DNA of 64,000 nucleotides from a virus. The notes under the pieces were generated by a model. That model saw nothing but the letters and a program-made list of their open reading frames with translations. It was not told the DNA's origin and did not search any database. The DNA is taken from IMG/VR virus record IMGVR_UViG_3300050821_005389, positions 1 through 64,000 of that record; one strand, 5' to 3'. The position numbers and the translations under genes were made by a program. This document shows, piece by piece, positions 18,463 through 27,391 of this stretch (positions within the stretch are counted from its first letter, which is position 1; every line of letters begins with the position of its first letter).

Positions 18463-20611
18463 AGAAAAGAATGTTTTAGTTAGAAAGTTTTCGAATGCCC
18501 TGAGTTCGGCTGCCGAAAAAGTTCAAGCATTGTTCATCGAACCCGCTGCGGAAATTGACGCTGCTGGTATTACACAAGATTCTGAGACAGATACTTACCA
18601 GTTTCAAGATAGGGCCGCAGTAGCATTAGTTCTGGAAGATATAGAGCGCGACGAAAATTTTGTAAACGTATTGCAGTGGGCGGCCGGCTGGACCTTGGCC
18701 GATACTTTGTATCAGTCGCCAACGATGGCTTCAGCGTTTGATGGCGGTAACGTCGCGCAGGCCAACGTTCCAAAATATACGTTATCAAATGTCGTTTCTT
18801 CCATAGTTCCTAAGTTAATGGAAGGATTGTTTTATGAAGATCCGCCATTTCTTCTTCGTCCTTTCCCCGGTACCGACCAACAGGTAATCCGAGCCAAGAC
18901 AGCTTTATTTTCTGAGCAACTCTGGGAAATGAAGTTTAAAGAAGAAACCGAACGTAGTCTTGAGCAAATGTGTCTTCTCGGCACTTGTATTATGAAGTGG
19001 GGCTTCTCTTCTTATACCAAGAAAATTAAGAAGTATAAGAGAAAGGCCGCACCGACTACTATCGATGTTCCCGGCGGTAAGCCTAAAGTTGTACATACAC
19101 CGCTGTCTGATGCTTTCGAGATAGTTTACGACGAGCAAGAATACGCCCGCCCGTGGATTAAGTATTGTGATATCAGAACTGTCTTCGTAGATTCCGGTTG
19201 TCGTTACGGCGATATTCGTCGAGCTGGCCATGTTAGTTATCGCGATTATGCGACGTACCAGGATCTGGATCACTATCGTGATTTAGACGGTTACGATATT
19301 CCGGATGAATCAACTCTTAAAGCTTTGTTCATGCGAGCCAATGAGTCTACTCCGGGCGCCGACAATATCAGTATGACCATCCCGGAGAATATGCGTGGTT
19401 ATATTCAGCACGCTGTTCCGCGGAATTATAAGACAACTTCCGATCCTATGAAAGCGCCGATCGAGATGATCGAGCGTTGGGATGCAGAAAGAATCATTGT
19501 CATCTTGTCTTGCAACGGTCACAACATTTTGATTCGCAACGAGCCTAATCCGTACGGCAAGATTCCTTTCTTGTCGGCTAACTGGCGCAATATACCAGAT
19601 TCGTTTTATGGCCAGGGATTAGGTTTACTGGTAGGAAGCGAACAATTGGTAGAGCAAGGCGTAACGAACCTGGCTTTGGATCTATTGGCTTATGGGCTAC
19701 AGCCTACCGCCGTTCGAAAGAAAGGTTTCAATACGCCGACGCAGAATACGCGTTGGGGATTAGGTCGCATAGTTGATGTTGACGATGATGTAGACAAATC
19801 GTTTAAGTTTATGACCATGCCGCCAGTTCCAGGTGAGGCGTGGCAATTTATTCAACAGGCTAAGTCTGATTCTGCTACTACTGCGGGCTCGAATGAACTA
19901 GTCGGCCAGGGTTCAACTTTATCCGGTGCTCGTACATCTGGTATGCGTTCCGGAACAGGCGCCGCCGCTGTCGTACAAGCCAATGCATCTCGGCTTGACG
20001 GGCCGATGAATCGATTCATAGAACAAATTTTTATCCCTTGGCTATATACCCTCGACGAACTCAACAACGATCTACTTCCTTCTACAGTTCTCCGCCAAGT
20101 ACTCGGTGAGAAGATGGAAGAAGATTTTGAAGTCGATCATGAACTCTTCCGCAACGCTAAAATTGAATACGAAGTTTTGGCCGGTGCTCACCTCGGTGCG
20201 AAGCGGTCGATGGCTCAAGCCATTCCTGAGTACCTACAGTTGATTAATAATCCTACTTATACAGCGAATATAAATGACGCTGGTTATATCTGGGACGGCA
20301 TAGCTGTCTTGGATGGATTGAATGAGTTGTCCGGTTGGAGATTTGGCAGACCATTTGTTCGTAAAATGACATCGGAAGAGAAGCAGAAACACGATGCTAA
20401 TACACCGGCAGCTTTGCAGCAACAGCAATTGCAGGCGCAACAGCAAAATCAATTGTTACAATTCCAGCAAGAAGAGAAGTTGGAAGATCAGCGCCAATTA
20501 GGAAAAGCGGGAGCCGAGGTATTAAGGCAAACCACTGAACACGCCTTGACCGAACCCGAAACAGAAGGCCTCCCGAGTTCGACTGGATTTGGAGATATTA
20601 CTGCTTTGTGA
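18452..20611 (+). CDS. Portal protein
   Basis: 719 aa directly after terL; NPYGKIPF...FYGQG motif; Gln-rich C-terminal tail. Confidence 0.85.
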   Translation: MADKEKNVLVRKFSNALSSAAEKVQALFIEPAAEIDAAGITQDSETDTYQFQDRAAVALVLEDIERDENFVNVLQWAAGWTLADTLYQSPTMASAFDGGNVAQANVPKYTLSNVVSSIVPKLMEGLFYEDPPFLLRPFPGTDQQVIRAKTALFSEQLWEMKFKEETERSLEQMCLLGTCIMKWGFSSYTKKIKKYKRKAAPTTIDVPGGKPKVVHTPLSDAFEIVYDEQEYARPWIKYCDIRTVFVDSGCRYGDIRRAGHVSYRDYATYQDLDHYRDLDGYDIPDESTLKALFMRANESTPGADNISMTIPENMRGYIQHAVPRNYKTTSDPMKAPIEMIERWDAERIIVILSCNGHNILIRNEPNPYGKIPFLSANWRNIPDSFYGQGLGLLVGSEQLVEQGVTNLALDLLAYGLQPTAVRKKGFNTPTQNTRWGLGRIVDVDDDVDKSFKFMTMPPVPGEAWQFIQQAKSDSATTAGSNELVGQGSTLSGARTSGMRSGTGAAAVVQANASRLDGPMNRFIEQIFIPWLYTLDELNNDLLPSTVLRQVLGEKMEEDFEVDHELFRNAKIEYEVLAGAHLGAKRSMAQAIPEYLQLINNPTYTANINDAGYIWDGIAVLDGLNELSGWRFGRPFVRKMTSEEKQKHDANTPAALQQQQLQAQQQNQLLQFQQEEKLEDQRQLGKAGAEVLRQTTEHALTEPETEGLPSSTGFGDITAL

Positions 20612-20640
20612 TATAATTAATTATAATTTGTAGCTACAAG

Positions 20641-20682
20641 GTAGGGGGTGCCTTAATCACCCCCGACTCTATTAAGGAGAGT
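20641..20682 (+). promoter_or_regulatory. Kissing-loop leader, copy 4
   Basis: GGGGGTG-[CCTTAAT]-CACCCCC ... ACTCT-[ATTAAGG]-AGAGT; TGATATAAT extended -10 overlapping the portal stop. Confidence 0.85.
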
Positions 20683-20684
20683 AA

Positions 20685-21311
20685 ATGCCGTATAAAACTT
20701 TAAAAGCTAGGAAAAAGTATCTTAAGAAAAATAAAAAGCGTTTTAGAGAATATAAAAAACGATACAGTGCGGAACATCGAGAAGAGATTAAAAAGTATAA
20801 TTTTCAATATAAATCAAAACATAAAGCCGAACTTAAAAAGAAACGTAAAAAGTACGTTTTAAATAATCTAGAGAAGATACGTAAGGCTACAAAAGCATGG
20901 CGTTTTAAAAACAAAGAACATCTTAAGAATTACGAACAAGAATACGCTAAGAAAAATCAATCCGCTATTAAAGCGCGTCATCGAATTTACCATAAGAAAA
21001 ATAAAGCCAAGATCAAAATGTATCCATCCAACTCGCCCGCCAATAGGATGGCTATTCACCGCAAGTTTAAGTACGGACTAAGTCACGATCAGTTTCTAGA
21101 AAAACTTAAAATTCAAAAGAAGCGATGTGCTATATGTAAGCGTAAATTTTATACGCAGTGTGGAGCACCGTGTGTTGACCACGATCACGACACGAATAAG
21201 GTTCGAGACTTGTTGTGCCAGCACTGTAATAGAGCATTAGGCCTTTTTAAAGAAGAAATAATCTGTTTTGAGAACGCAATCCAATACTTAAAGAAACATA
21301 AGGAACAATAG
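20685..21311 (+). CDS. Endonuclease VII-like free-standing homing endonuclease
   Basis: KYGLS...Q...CAICK...CVDHDHDTNKVRDLLCQHCNRALGLF; basic N-terminal repeats. Confidence 0.85.
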   Translation: MPYKTLKARKKYLKKNKKRFREYKKRYSAEHREEIKKYNFQYKSKHKAELKKKRKKYVLNNLEKIRKATKAWRFKNKEHLKNYEQEYAKKNQSAIKARHRIYHKKNKAKIKMYPSNSPANRMAIHRKFKYGLSHDQFLEKLKIQKKRCAICKRKFYTQCGAPCVDHDHDTNKVRDLLCQHCNRALGLFKEEIICFENAIQYLKKHKEQ

Positions 21312-21680
21312 ATGAATCCGTTTTTATACGAAGAAATGTCTTTTCAAGACAAAATGTTCTTAGGTGATTTAGTTAAGCATCCAGGGTTCGGCGTTTTTCG
21401 TCGGATGATTGATGATGCTTGCAATCAGTTCAATACCCGGTTAATCAGGCTGAATCGAGAAGATCCGAGTTTTAAAGATAAATTAGATGCTTACCAGTTA
21501 GAGGCGCATGTAGCCAATGAGATTTGCGCCACACTGATCAAATCAATTGTAATGCATACTAGGGCAGGCGAATTAGAAGAACAGGTTCAAAAAGAACGAG
21601 ACGGTTTAGTTCCCGAAGAACCGCAGGCTTCTGTAGTCGGTAGTCGGTATGGTTCTATAGTAACAAAATCTCGCAAATAA
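21312..21680 (+). CDS. Head-module hypothetical protein
   Basis: Position between portal and scaffold. Confidence 0.7.
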   Translation: MNPFLYEEMSFQDKMFLGDLVKHPGFGVFRRMIDDACNQFNTRLIRLNREDPSFKDKLDAYQLEAHVANEICATLIKSIVMHTRAGELEEQVQKERDGLVPEEPQASVVGSRYGSIVTKSRK

Positions 21681-21711
21681 TCCGCATTTCAATAACTAAT
21701 AAGGAATTCTA

Positions 21712-23055
21712 ATGGCAGACCAACCTGTAGTTGCAGTTCCATCTACACCTACGCCTTTGACTTTCGCAGATATTAAGAAAGCCGATCGCGACCAGATACA
21801 TGATTTTATGAAGAATCGCCGGCCCGAATTTGAAGAAGCGATCCGAGCAGAGAACGAGAGATTAGCTGGTTTAATCGACGCTGAAAACGAAGCTTATAAA
21901 AAAGAACAGGAAGTTAAAGCTGAACACGAAGCTAGACTAGTAGAAGAGGCTAATGAAGCAGCGAAATCTCCTGAACAGAAAGCGGAAGAAGCAGCCGCAC
22001 TTGCAGCCGTCGAGGCCGAGAGAGTCGTACAAGAAAAAGCAGCCGCCGACGAAGCCGCTCGAATAGAAGCAGAAAAAGTCGCACAGGCCGAAGAGGAACG
22101 TAAAGATTTAGAAGAGAAGCAGCGGTTGGCAGAAGAAGCCGCCAAACCAAAGCAAAAGATTGTCCGCGAGTACCAAGTAAAAGACGAGAAGGGCAATCCT
22201 ATCGGACGGCCTACACATCTCGAAGCCGATACTTGGGAAGAGATGGCGGAGAAGATGGAAGCCGCTCATGCGAACGCCGTAAGATTTGCGGAGCGCATGA
22301 AACGTCGGGCAGAGTTGAAGCCAACGTTTAGTCCGCCTGAACCAAAAATTGAAGTACTAGATGAACCAGAAATTTTGGCTATCCAGAAGGATTTGGAGTC
22401 AAAAGACGAACTGGTAGTCGCTAAGGCGAAAGCGGCTTTGGAATTAAATGCCGCTCGTCGAGATCGTTTAGAACTTCGTAAACGAGAAGATTTCGTCCGA
22501 GGTCAGGCAGTCAGTCTGACTTTTCGCGACCAGCATCCAGAGTTTAATGCCTGTGAAGCAAATTCTAAAGTTCTTAGCCAGTATATTCGAGACAATCAAC
22601 TCGAGTGGACTTTAGACAATCTTGAAATTGCTTACGCGGCAACGGAATCACAATTGGCGCCGAGAACGGTAGAGATTCCTTCTCGGACTATTGCAGTATC
22701 AGAGCCAGTCGCAGTTCCGGTTGTACAAGAGATTAAGCAGGAACCGCCGGTGACTAATACACCGGTGGCTGCACCAGTTGTGGCACAGCCGCCCGCTTCG
22801 GCAGCGGCAGTTGCACCAACTCCGGTCGATCCACCAGCGCCAACACCTAATGTCGCGGCGCAGGAACGGAAGACACCGGCCGCGGGTATTGAGCCCGGCA
22901 CGCTCCACGGAGCGCGACCAACCGGGCCAGTAGCAAGTAAACCCACCGGTCTAACAAAACAAGACATAGCAAAAATGCCGAGAGATGAATATCGAAAGAG
23001 AATGAGAGACCCCGGATTTGTCCGGATGGTTAACGCTCTCTTCGCGGCTAAGTAA
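21712..23055 (+). CDS. Capsid scaffolding protein (putative)
   Basis: Glu/Ala coiled-coil plus Pro-rich linker plus C-terminal DIAKMPRDEY helix; directly upstream of the capsid gene. Confidence 0.7.
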   Translation: MADQPVVAVPSTPTPLTFADIKKADRDQIHDFMKNRRPEFEEAIRAENERLAGLIDAENEAYKKEQEVKAEHEARLVEEANEAAKSPEQKAEEAAALAAVEAERVVQEKAAADEAARIEAEKVAQAEEERKDLEEKQRLAEEAAKPKQKIVREYQVKDEKGNPIGRPTHLEADTWEEMAEKMEAAHANAVRFAERMKRRAELKPTFSPPEPKIEVLDEPEILAIQKDLESKDELVVAKAKAALELNAARRDRLELRKREDFVRGQAVSLTFRDQHPEFNACEANSKVLSQYIRDNQLEWTLDNLEIAYAATESQLAPRTVEIPSRTIAVSEPVAVPVVQEIKQEPPVTNTPVAAPVVAQPPASAAAVAPTPVDPPAPTPNVAAQERKTPAAGIEPGTLHGARPTGPVASKPTGLTKQDIAKMPRDEYRKRMRDPGFVRMVNALFAAK

Positions 23056-23086
23056 TGTCTTGACCCTAGTTTTTAGAGGTTAGTCT

Positions 23087-24763
23087 ATGGCAGGACCGAA
23101 TCCAGCAGCACAGAACGTAGGAAATATTCTTACGGCTCAAAGTATTTTGTTCAAATCGGACTCCTAACAGCGCGATCTGTTAGTAGACAATTCTCTCTTA
23201 TTGGCTTGAACTCCCGAGCGGACAACAAGGCGGAAGTCGAAAGACACCGTGAACGACTAAGCGAGAGAAGACCCACAATAATCGGGTCATACGATAGTCT
23301 GCTCTCATAAGACAACAATTATGAGAAGTTAGCAGAAATGACTAACTCGTTATCAACAGATAACGTAACAAATAGGTGATAAGGAATTGATCCCTAACTT
23401 GAAGGGAGAAACTGACGCGTTTGTTACTGTTGCAGAACGCCGAGTTCAACCTTTGAACATGGGTATCAATCGTACGTTTTTCCAGTACAATACGTTGGGT
23501 GCAGATCTTGCACAATCAGCGGACGGTACTGTCGGTTCACCGGAACTAATTTCCCAGATTTCAGCGCCCGCGCAAGTCGGAGAATGGAACAACTACTCGA
23601 ATTTTTCCGCCTTCGTCGTGGCGTCTGCAATCGACGATCTCGTTCCTAACTCAGCGGTCGAACTTGGCTATCAATGCGGCCAGTCGATTTCTGAATTGTA
23701 CAGCGCAGTAGCGGATTCCGCATCTGGCGTCGACGCTAACGTCAACCAGTCAGGTTTGCTTTCTTCGCCGTATACGCTTGATCTCGGTACATACCGAGAG
23801 CTTAAGCAGCAATTGGTTTCCCACAACATTCTCGCGTGCAAGCGCGGGAAGTATTTGGGCGTAGTTAGCTCAAATGTTTTGGGCGATATTTACAATGCGA
23901 CAACGGTTAACAACTCCATTATCGACTTCCTGAAGTACGGAATGCAGGAGAAGTTCGATAAGATGGCGGGTTCCGATCAGAAGGCAGAAATCGAATTGCC
24001 TGGTACCAATATCGTGATCCGTCAGACTCCTTTTGTCACTACTACCGCGAATTATAAGTCTGGTACGTCTACAGCGTATCGCTCGTATGTTTTCGGTAAT
24101 TACGCGATGATTGGAGTTTGGTTGGAAGTGCCGGGTGACACCGATCTTGACGAAGGCGATTGGAGAACAATCGATTGCCGCGTTGTGACGGATGCACCGG
24201 CGACATCGTTTGACCCCACGGCTAAAAGTTGGCCCCTCGCAGCGTAATCTGATGAGGAGAATCGATTCTAATTGAACTGGAAAACTTCTAATCGAAGTTG
24301 ACAGCGCGGAAGTCGAAAGACACCGTTAACGAGCAAACGAATCGACAGCCGAAAGGCTGAAGTGGTGCTCTGAACATCGTAAGTGATTACGAGAAGCTAG
24401 CAGAAATGACTAGCTCGTTATCAAAAGATAACGTAACAAATTTGACAATTGGGGCGTGGTGTTCGTATCGATTCCATTTACAAAGTTTGGTGGAATTAAA
24501 ATTTCCTCTGATTGACTCGAAAGGTGAGATTCCCAACGAGGCGCAAGCGAAAGCAGCGTGAGAGACTAAGCGAGGAAAGGTAATCGAGAGATTATCATTC
24601 AATAGTCCGAACACTAGTTAACATGAAGCTAGTGAAGTTGACAGAAATGATCAACTCTTATCGAAAGATAAAGTAACAAATGCAAACCGTAACGTTGCCC
24701 CCGGCCACTGGATTGAATACCCAACGTATTCGTTTCATTGACTCGGTTCCGGCAATTCAGTAG
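23087..24763 (+). CDS. Major capsid protein, spliced: exons 23087-23151, 23377-24223, 24445-24477, 24683-24763 (341 aa)
   Basis: GAGGT RBS before ATG 23087. The joined exons give an uninterrupted frame MAGPNPAAQ...SILF/DKELIPNLK...FDPTA/TIGAWCSYRFH/QTVTLPP...VPAIQ*. Position after scaffold. Confidence 0.85.
23152..23376 (+). ncRNA. Group I intron 1 (225 nt, no ORF)
   Basis: Exon ends in U, intron ends in G; P3 TTCTCTC/GAGAGAA; P7 GACTA(23255)/TAGTC(23295). Confidence 0.85.
24224..24444 (+). ncRNA. Group I intron 2 (221 nt, no ORF)
   Basis: P1 GGCT/GGCC with U.G pair; P3 TCGATTC/GAATCGA; P7 GAGCA/TGCTC; terminal G. Confidence 0.85.
24478..24682 (+). ncRNA. Group I intron 3 (205 nt, no ORF)
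   Basis: P1 TTCCAT/GTGGAA with U.G pair; P10 GTTTG/CAAAC; P3 TTTCCTC/GAGGAAA; P7 GACTA/TAGTC; terminal G. Confidence 0.88.
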
Positions 24764-24766
24764 TAT

Positions 24767-24795
24767 TTGACACAATAGCAATATTGTGATACTAT
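24767..24795 (+). promoter_or_regulatory. sigma70-like promoter for the downstream endonuclease
   Basis: TTGACA-N17-TACTAT with extended TG. Confidence 0.7.
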
Positions 24796-24796
24796 A

Positions 24797-24853
24797 TAAG
24801 ATTGAGGGGTGTGCCCTATACACATCCCTCATCTTAACTCTTGTAGGGAGAGT
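24797..24853 (+). promoter_or_regulatory. Kissing-loop leader, copy 5
   Basis: TGAGGGGTGTG-[CCCTATA]-CACATCCCTCA ... ACTCT-[TGTAGGG]-AGAGT. Confidence 0.85.
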
Positions 24854-24855
24854 AA

Positions 24856-25431
24856 ATGACAAAGGTTGAAAAACGCAAGAAAGCCACTTCCAAAATGAGG
24901 AAGTGGAGAAAGAAAAATAAACAGCGTAATTTAGAAAACGGGCGCCGGTGGCGAAAAGATAACGTAGAAAAAGCAAGAGCGAAGAATAGAAAACATTATT
25001 GGAATAATCGGGAAGATATGCTCGCTAGAAATAAAGCTTACTATCCTGAATATTACGCAAAGAATGATATCAAAAGTAAACGACGGCTACGTCAACACGG
25101 TGTTACGCAAGAGTGGTTAGACGCAAAGATGTTGGAACAAGACGGCAAATGTGCTCTTTGTAAACAGCCGTTTACCGAAACACCGCACATCGATCATAAC
25201 CATATTTGTTGTCAATCGCGAAGGAATTGTGGAACGTGTCAACGCGGTTTGTTGTGTAAAGATTGCAATCTCGGACTCGGAAGATTTAAAGACAATACTC
25301 AAACTTTAGAAAACGCCATTCAATATCTTCGAAGGTATAATAATGAGTTGGTCAGTCAACCCCCAATACAAACCGCTGGAAGCACCCTGGAAAGAAACGC
25401 ACAACCAGAAGGTCACTCAGCAATCAATTAA
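24856..25431 (+). CDS. Endonuclease VII-like free-standing homing endonuclease
   Basis: HGVT...QDGKCALCK...HIDHNH.CC...C..CQRGLLC..CN.GLG.FKD. Confidence 0.85.
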   Translation: MTKVEKRKKATSKMRKWRKKNKQRNLENGRRWRKDNVEKARAKNRKHYWNNREDMLARNKAYYPEYYAKNDIKSKRRLRQHGVTQEWLDAKMLEQDGKCALCKQPFTETPHIDHNHICCQSRRNCGTCQRGLLCKDCNLGLGRFKDNTQTLENAIQYLRRYNNELVSQPPIQTAGSTLERNAQPEGHSAIN

Positions 25432-25993
25432 AGAAATTCTGAAGAATGGAACGCCCGACTGGATCCGGTTCCCGAAAGACTTCCGCCAATTCGCCATCGA
25501 ATCGGCGCAAGCAGATCGCGAACAGTCCATCGAACAGGCTCGAGCCTATCGAATGGACGATATGGATATCCTTGGCGACTACAAGGCCCGTTCCGTAAAC
25601 ACCATTAGTACCAAAGACTTTGTTTTAAAACTCAGAAACAACGGCGTTCCATGCGTCGGCATTTTTTCTGGTAAACCGCAAACAGTCGGTCTATGGGCCT
25701 ATGTACCAACAACACACGGCAAAGACGTTCGATATATCTGTTATATGCAGACGCCCGCGATGATCGAGTGGTCAGTCCTCAATCTAGATAAACACGGGCT
25801 ACCAGACGGCGAAGCCTATCGCGGTTGGCGCACCGTCCTTTCCGAACTAATCAAAAAAGGTGTCTTGACCGAACAACGCGCACATGAAATATTCGGCCGG
25901 CCAACCGAATCCGTAGTCTCTCGTCGGTACCGGCGCACATTGGCAGAATTCCGAAGTAGGAAAGAAAACATCGCAGTACGCGATGGCTTCTAG
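25343..25993 (+). CDS. Hypothetical protein (head module)
   Basis: 216-aa ORF overlapped by the endonuclease 3' end. Confidence 0.75.
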   Translation: MSWSVNPQYKPLEAPWKETHNQKVTQQSIKEILKNGTPDWIRFPKDFRQFAIESAQADREQSIEQARAYRMDDMDILGDYKARSVNTISTKDFVLKLRNNGVPCVGIFSGKPQTVGLWAYVPTTHGKDVRYICYMQTPAMIEWSVLNLDKHGLPDGEAYRGWRTVLSELIKKGVLTEQRAHEIFGRPTESVVSRRYRRTLAEFRSRKENIAVRDGF

Positions 25994-26045
25994 TTAGTAA
26001 CAAACATAAGGCAGTTAATTTAAATTATAAGGCAGGTAAAAGGAA

Positions 26046-26645
26046 ATGGGTATTTTTGATAAAGAACCAGAATCAAATATGAGTACTAAGAAGCCGGAAG
26101 TTAAAGAAACAGATTTATTGTCGCTGGTTCAGGCACTTCTTAAGACGAGCGAGATCGCGGCAGCGCGTGAAACACGATTAGCAAAACAAGAAGAACTAGA
26201 AGAAGAGCGTAAGCGTAATCGTGCAGCCCAGTATGAGAAGAATCGGGCCAATGAAACAACTATTGATCTCCAAAAGCAAGCCACATGCAAGCACCTTAAA
26301 GGTGGCCGCAACAGGCGCCGTAACGCAATCAAGGACTTTAACGTGTACCTGTTCAGCTATATCGATGGAGAGGTGGTTATTAAATGCCATGACTGTAAGA
26401 TGAAATGGCGCCCGACCGACACCACAGAACGCGTGGTTCGCAACGGTAAAGTATATAAGAACCACACAGGCATCGGTTGGCGCGAAGCATTAAACATGGT
26501 AAGTGAGTCAACGAATACACCGAGTAGCAGTGAGATTCCTCAGTCCCAATGGCATAAAGTTCAACGTAGCGGCGTAAGCATAGCTAATACAGTTGGCCCT
26601 TTGATTGACACTGAGCCTATCGGAGACTACGTAGAAGCGCGTTAG
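26046..26645 (+). CDS. Zinc-binding hypothetical protein, paralog of 9293..9742
   Basis: Shared motif block. Confidence 0.75.
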   Translation: MGIFDKEPESNMSTKKPEVKETDLLSLVQALLKTSEIAAARETRLAKQEELEEERKRNRAAQYEKNRANETTIDLQKQATCKHLKGGRNRRRNAIKDFNVYLFSYIDGEVVIKCHDCKMKWRPTDTTERVVRNGKVYKNHTGIGWREALNMVSESTNTPSSSEIPQSQWHKVQRSGVSIANTVGPLIDTEPIGDYVEAR

Positions 26646-26652
26646 TATTTAA

Positions 26653-26680
26653 GGGGCGGTTCGCCGCCCCACCCTTTCTT
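26653..26680 (+). terminator. GC hairpin (possible terminator)
   Basis: GGGGCGG-TTCG-CCGCCCC followed by a weak T tract. Confidence 0.5.
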
Positions 26681-26690
26681 AGAGGACTAA

Positions 26691-26891
26691 ATGATTCTTA
26701 CGGTAATTTCAATTGCGGCCTTCATAATGTCTGCAATTGCTCTATTTAGATCCTTCTACCATCCTGTAACACCCCTACAAAAATCAAATCCCGGTATGCC
26801 CGATGCTACGGCATTATACCAACCTATCTGGGATAGCCGTAAGAGAATTTTAATCTATCCTAAAACTGATAAGAGGCAATTATGGCAGTAG
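26691..26891 (+). CDS. Small membrane protein
   Basis: GAGGA RBS; N-terminal TM segment. Confidence 0.55.
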   Translation: MILTVISIAAFIMSAIALFRSFYHPVTPLQKSNPGMPDATALYQPIWDSRKRILIYPKTDKRQLWQ

Positions 26892-27391
26892 TCGGACCGT
26901 TGAATTCAGCCACGCCCACTACAGCACAAGTAGTTGGCGGTGTTTATAATGCTACGGCTCCCGCGCCTGTCACAGCCCAAGCATTAGCGCTTCAGCAGGA
27001 TCCTGCCGGTAATTTACTGGTAAACGTCGCTGTTGGCGGCGGTGTAGTCGGCCAGTATACAATTTTAAGTGCCAAGCCTACTACAGCGCAGACCACTCTA
27101 GCTCCAATCAGTTTTTCCGGTTCGGGTGCTAATACGGTTGTAGCTGGTGTTGCAGGTCAAACGGTTCGTGTTTGGAGACTGCTGATAGTAATGGGTGGCA
27201 CAACGAATATCACTTTTGCAGACACGACACCGACTTCTTTTACCGGCGCGATGCCTATGCTCGCCAACGGCAGCATCACTCTGGATTTTGATTCTGAGCC
27301 ATATTTTGTAACAGCGACAGGTAAGGGCTTTGTAATTAACTCGAGCAACGGTGTACAGGTCAGTGGCGGTGTTTGGTACACCCAAAGTTAA
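26882..27391 (+). CDS. Putative structural protein
   Basis: Ala/Gly/Thr/Val-rich beta-type composition; architecture similar to 54437..55357. Confidence 0.65.
   Translation: MAVVGPLNSATPTTAQVVGGVYNATAPAPVTAQALALQQDPAGNLLVNVAVGGGVVGQYTILSAKPTTAQTTLAPISFSGSGANTVVAGVAGQTVRVWRLLIVMGGTTNITFADTTPTSFTGAMPMLANGSITLDFDSEPYFVTATGKGFVINSSNGVQVSGGVWYTQS

Noticed and set aside
23387-24247. Track ORF as the complete capsid gene
   Set aside because: It has no good RBS and its tail (KSWPLAA) is intron sequence; the spliced model explains the flanking non-coding DNA.
23152-24682. Insertions as group II introns, IS elements or tRNAs
   Set aside because: No GUGYG/AY ends, terminal repeats or cloverleaf; U-before/G-last boundaries and P3/P7 pairings fit group I.
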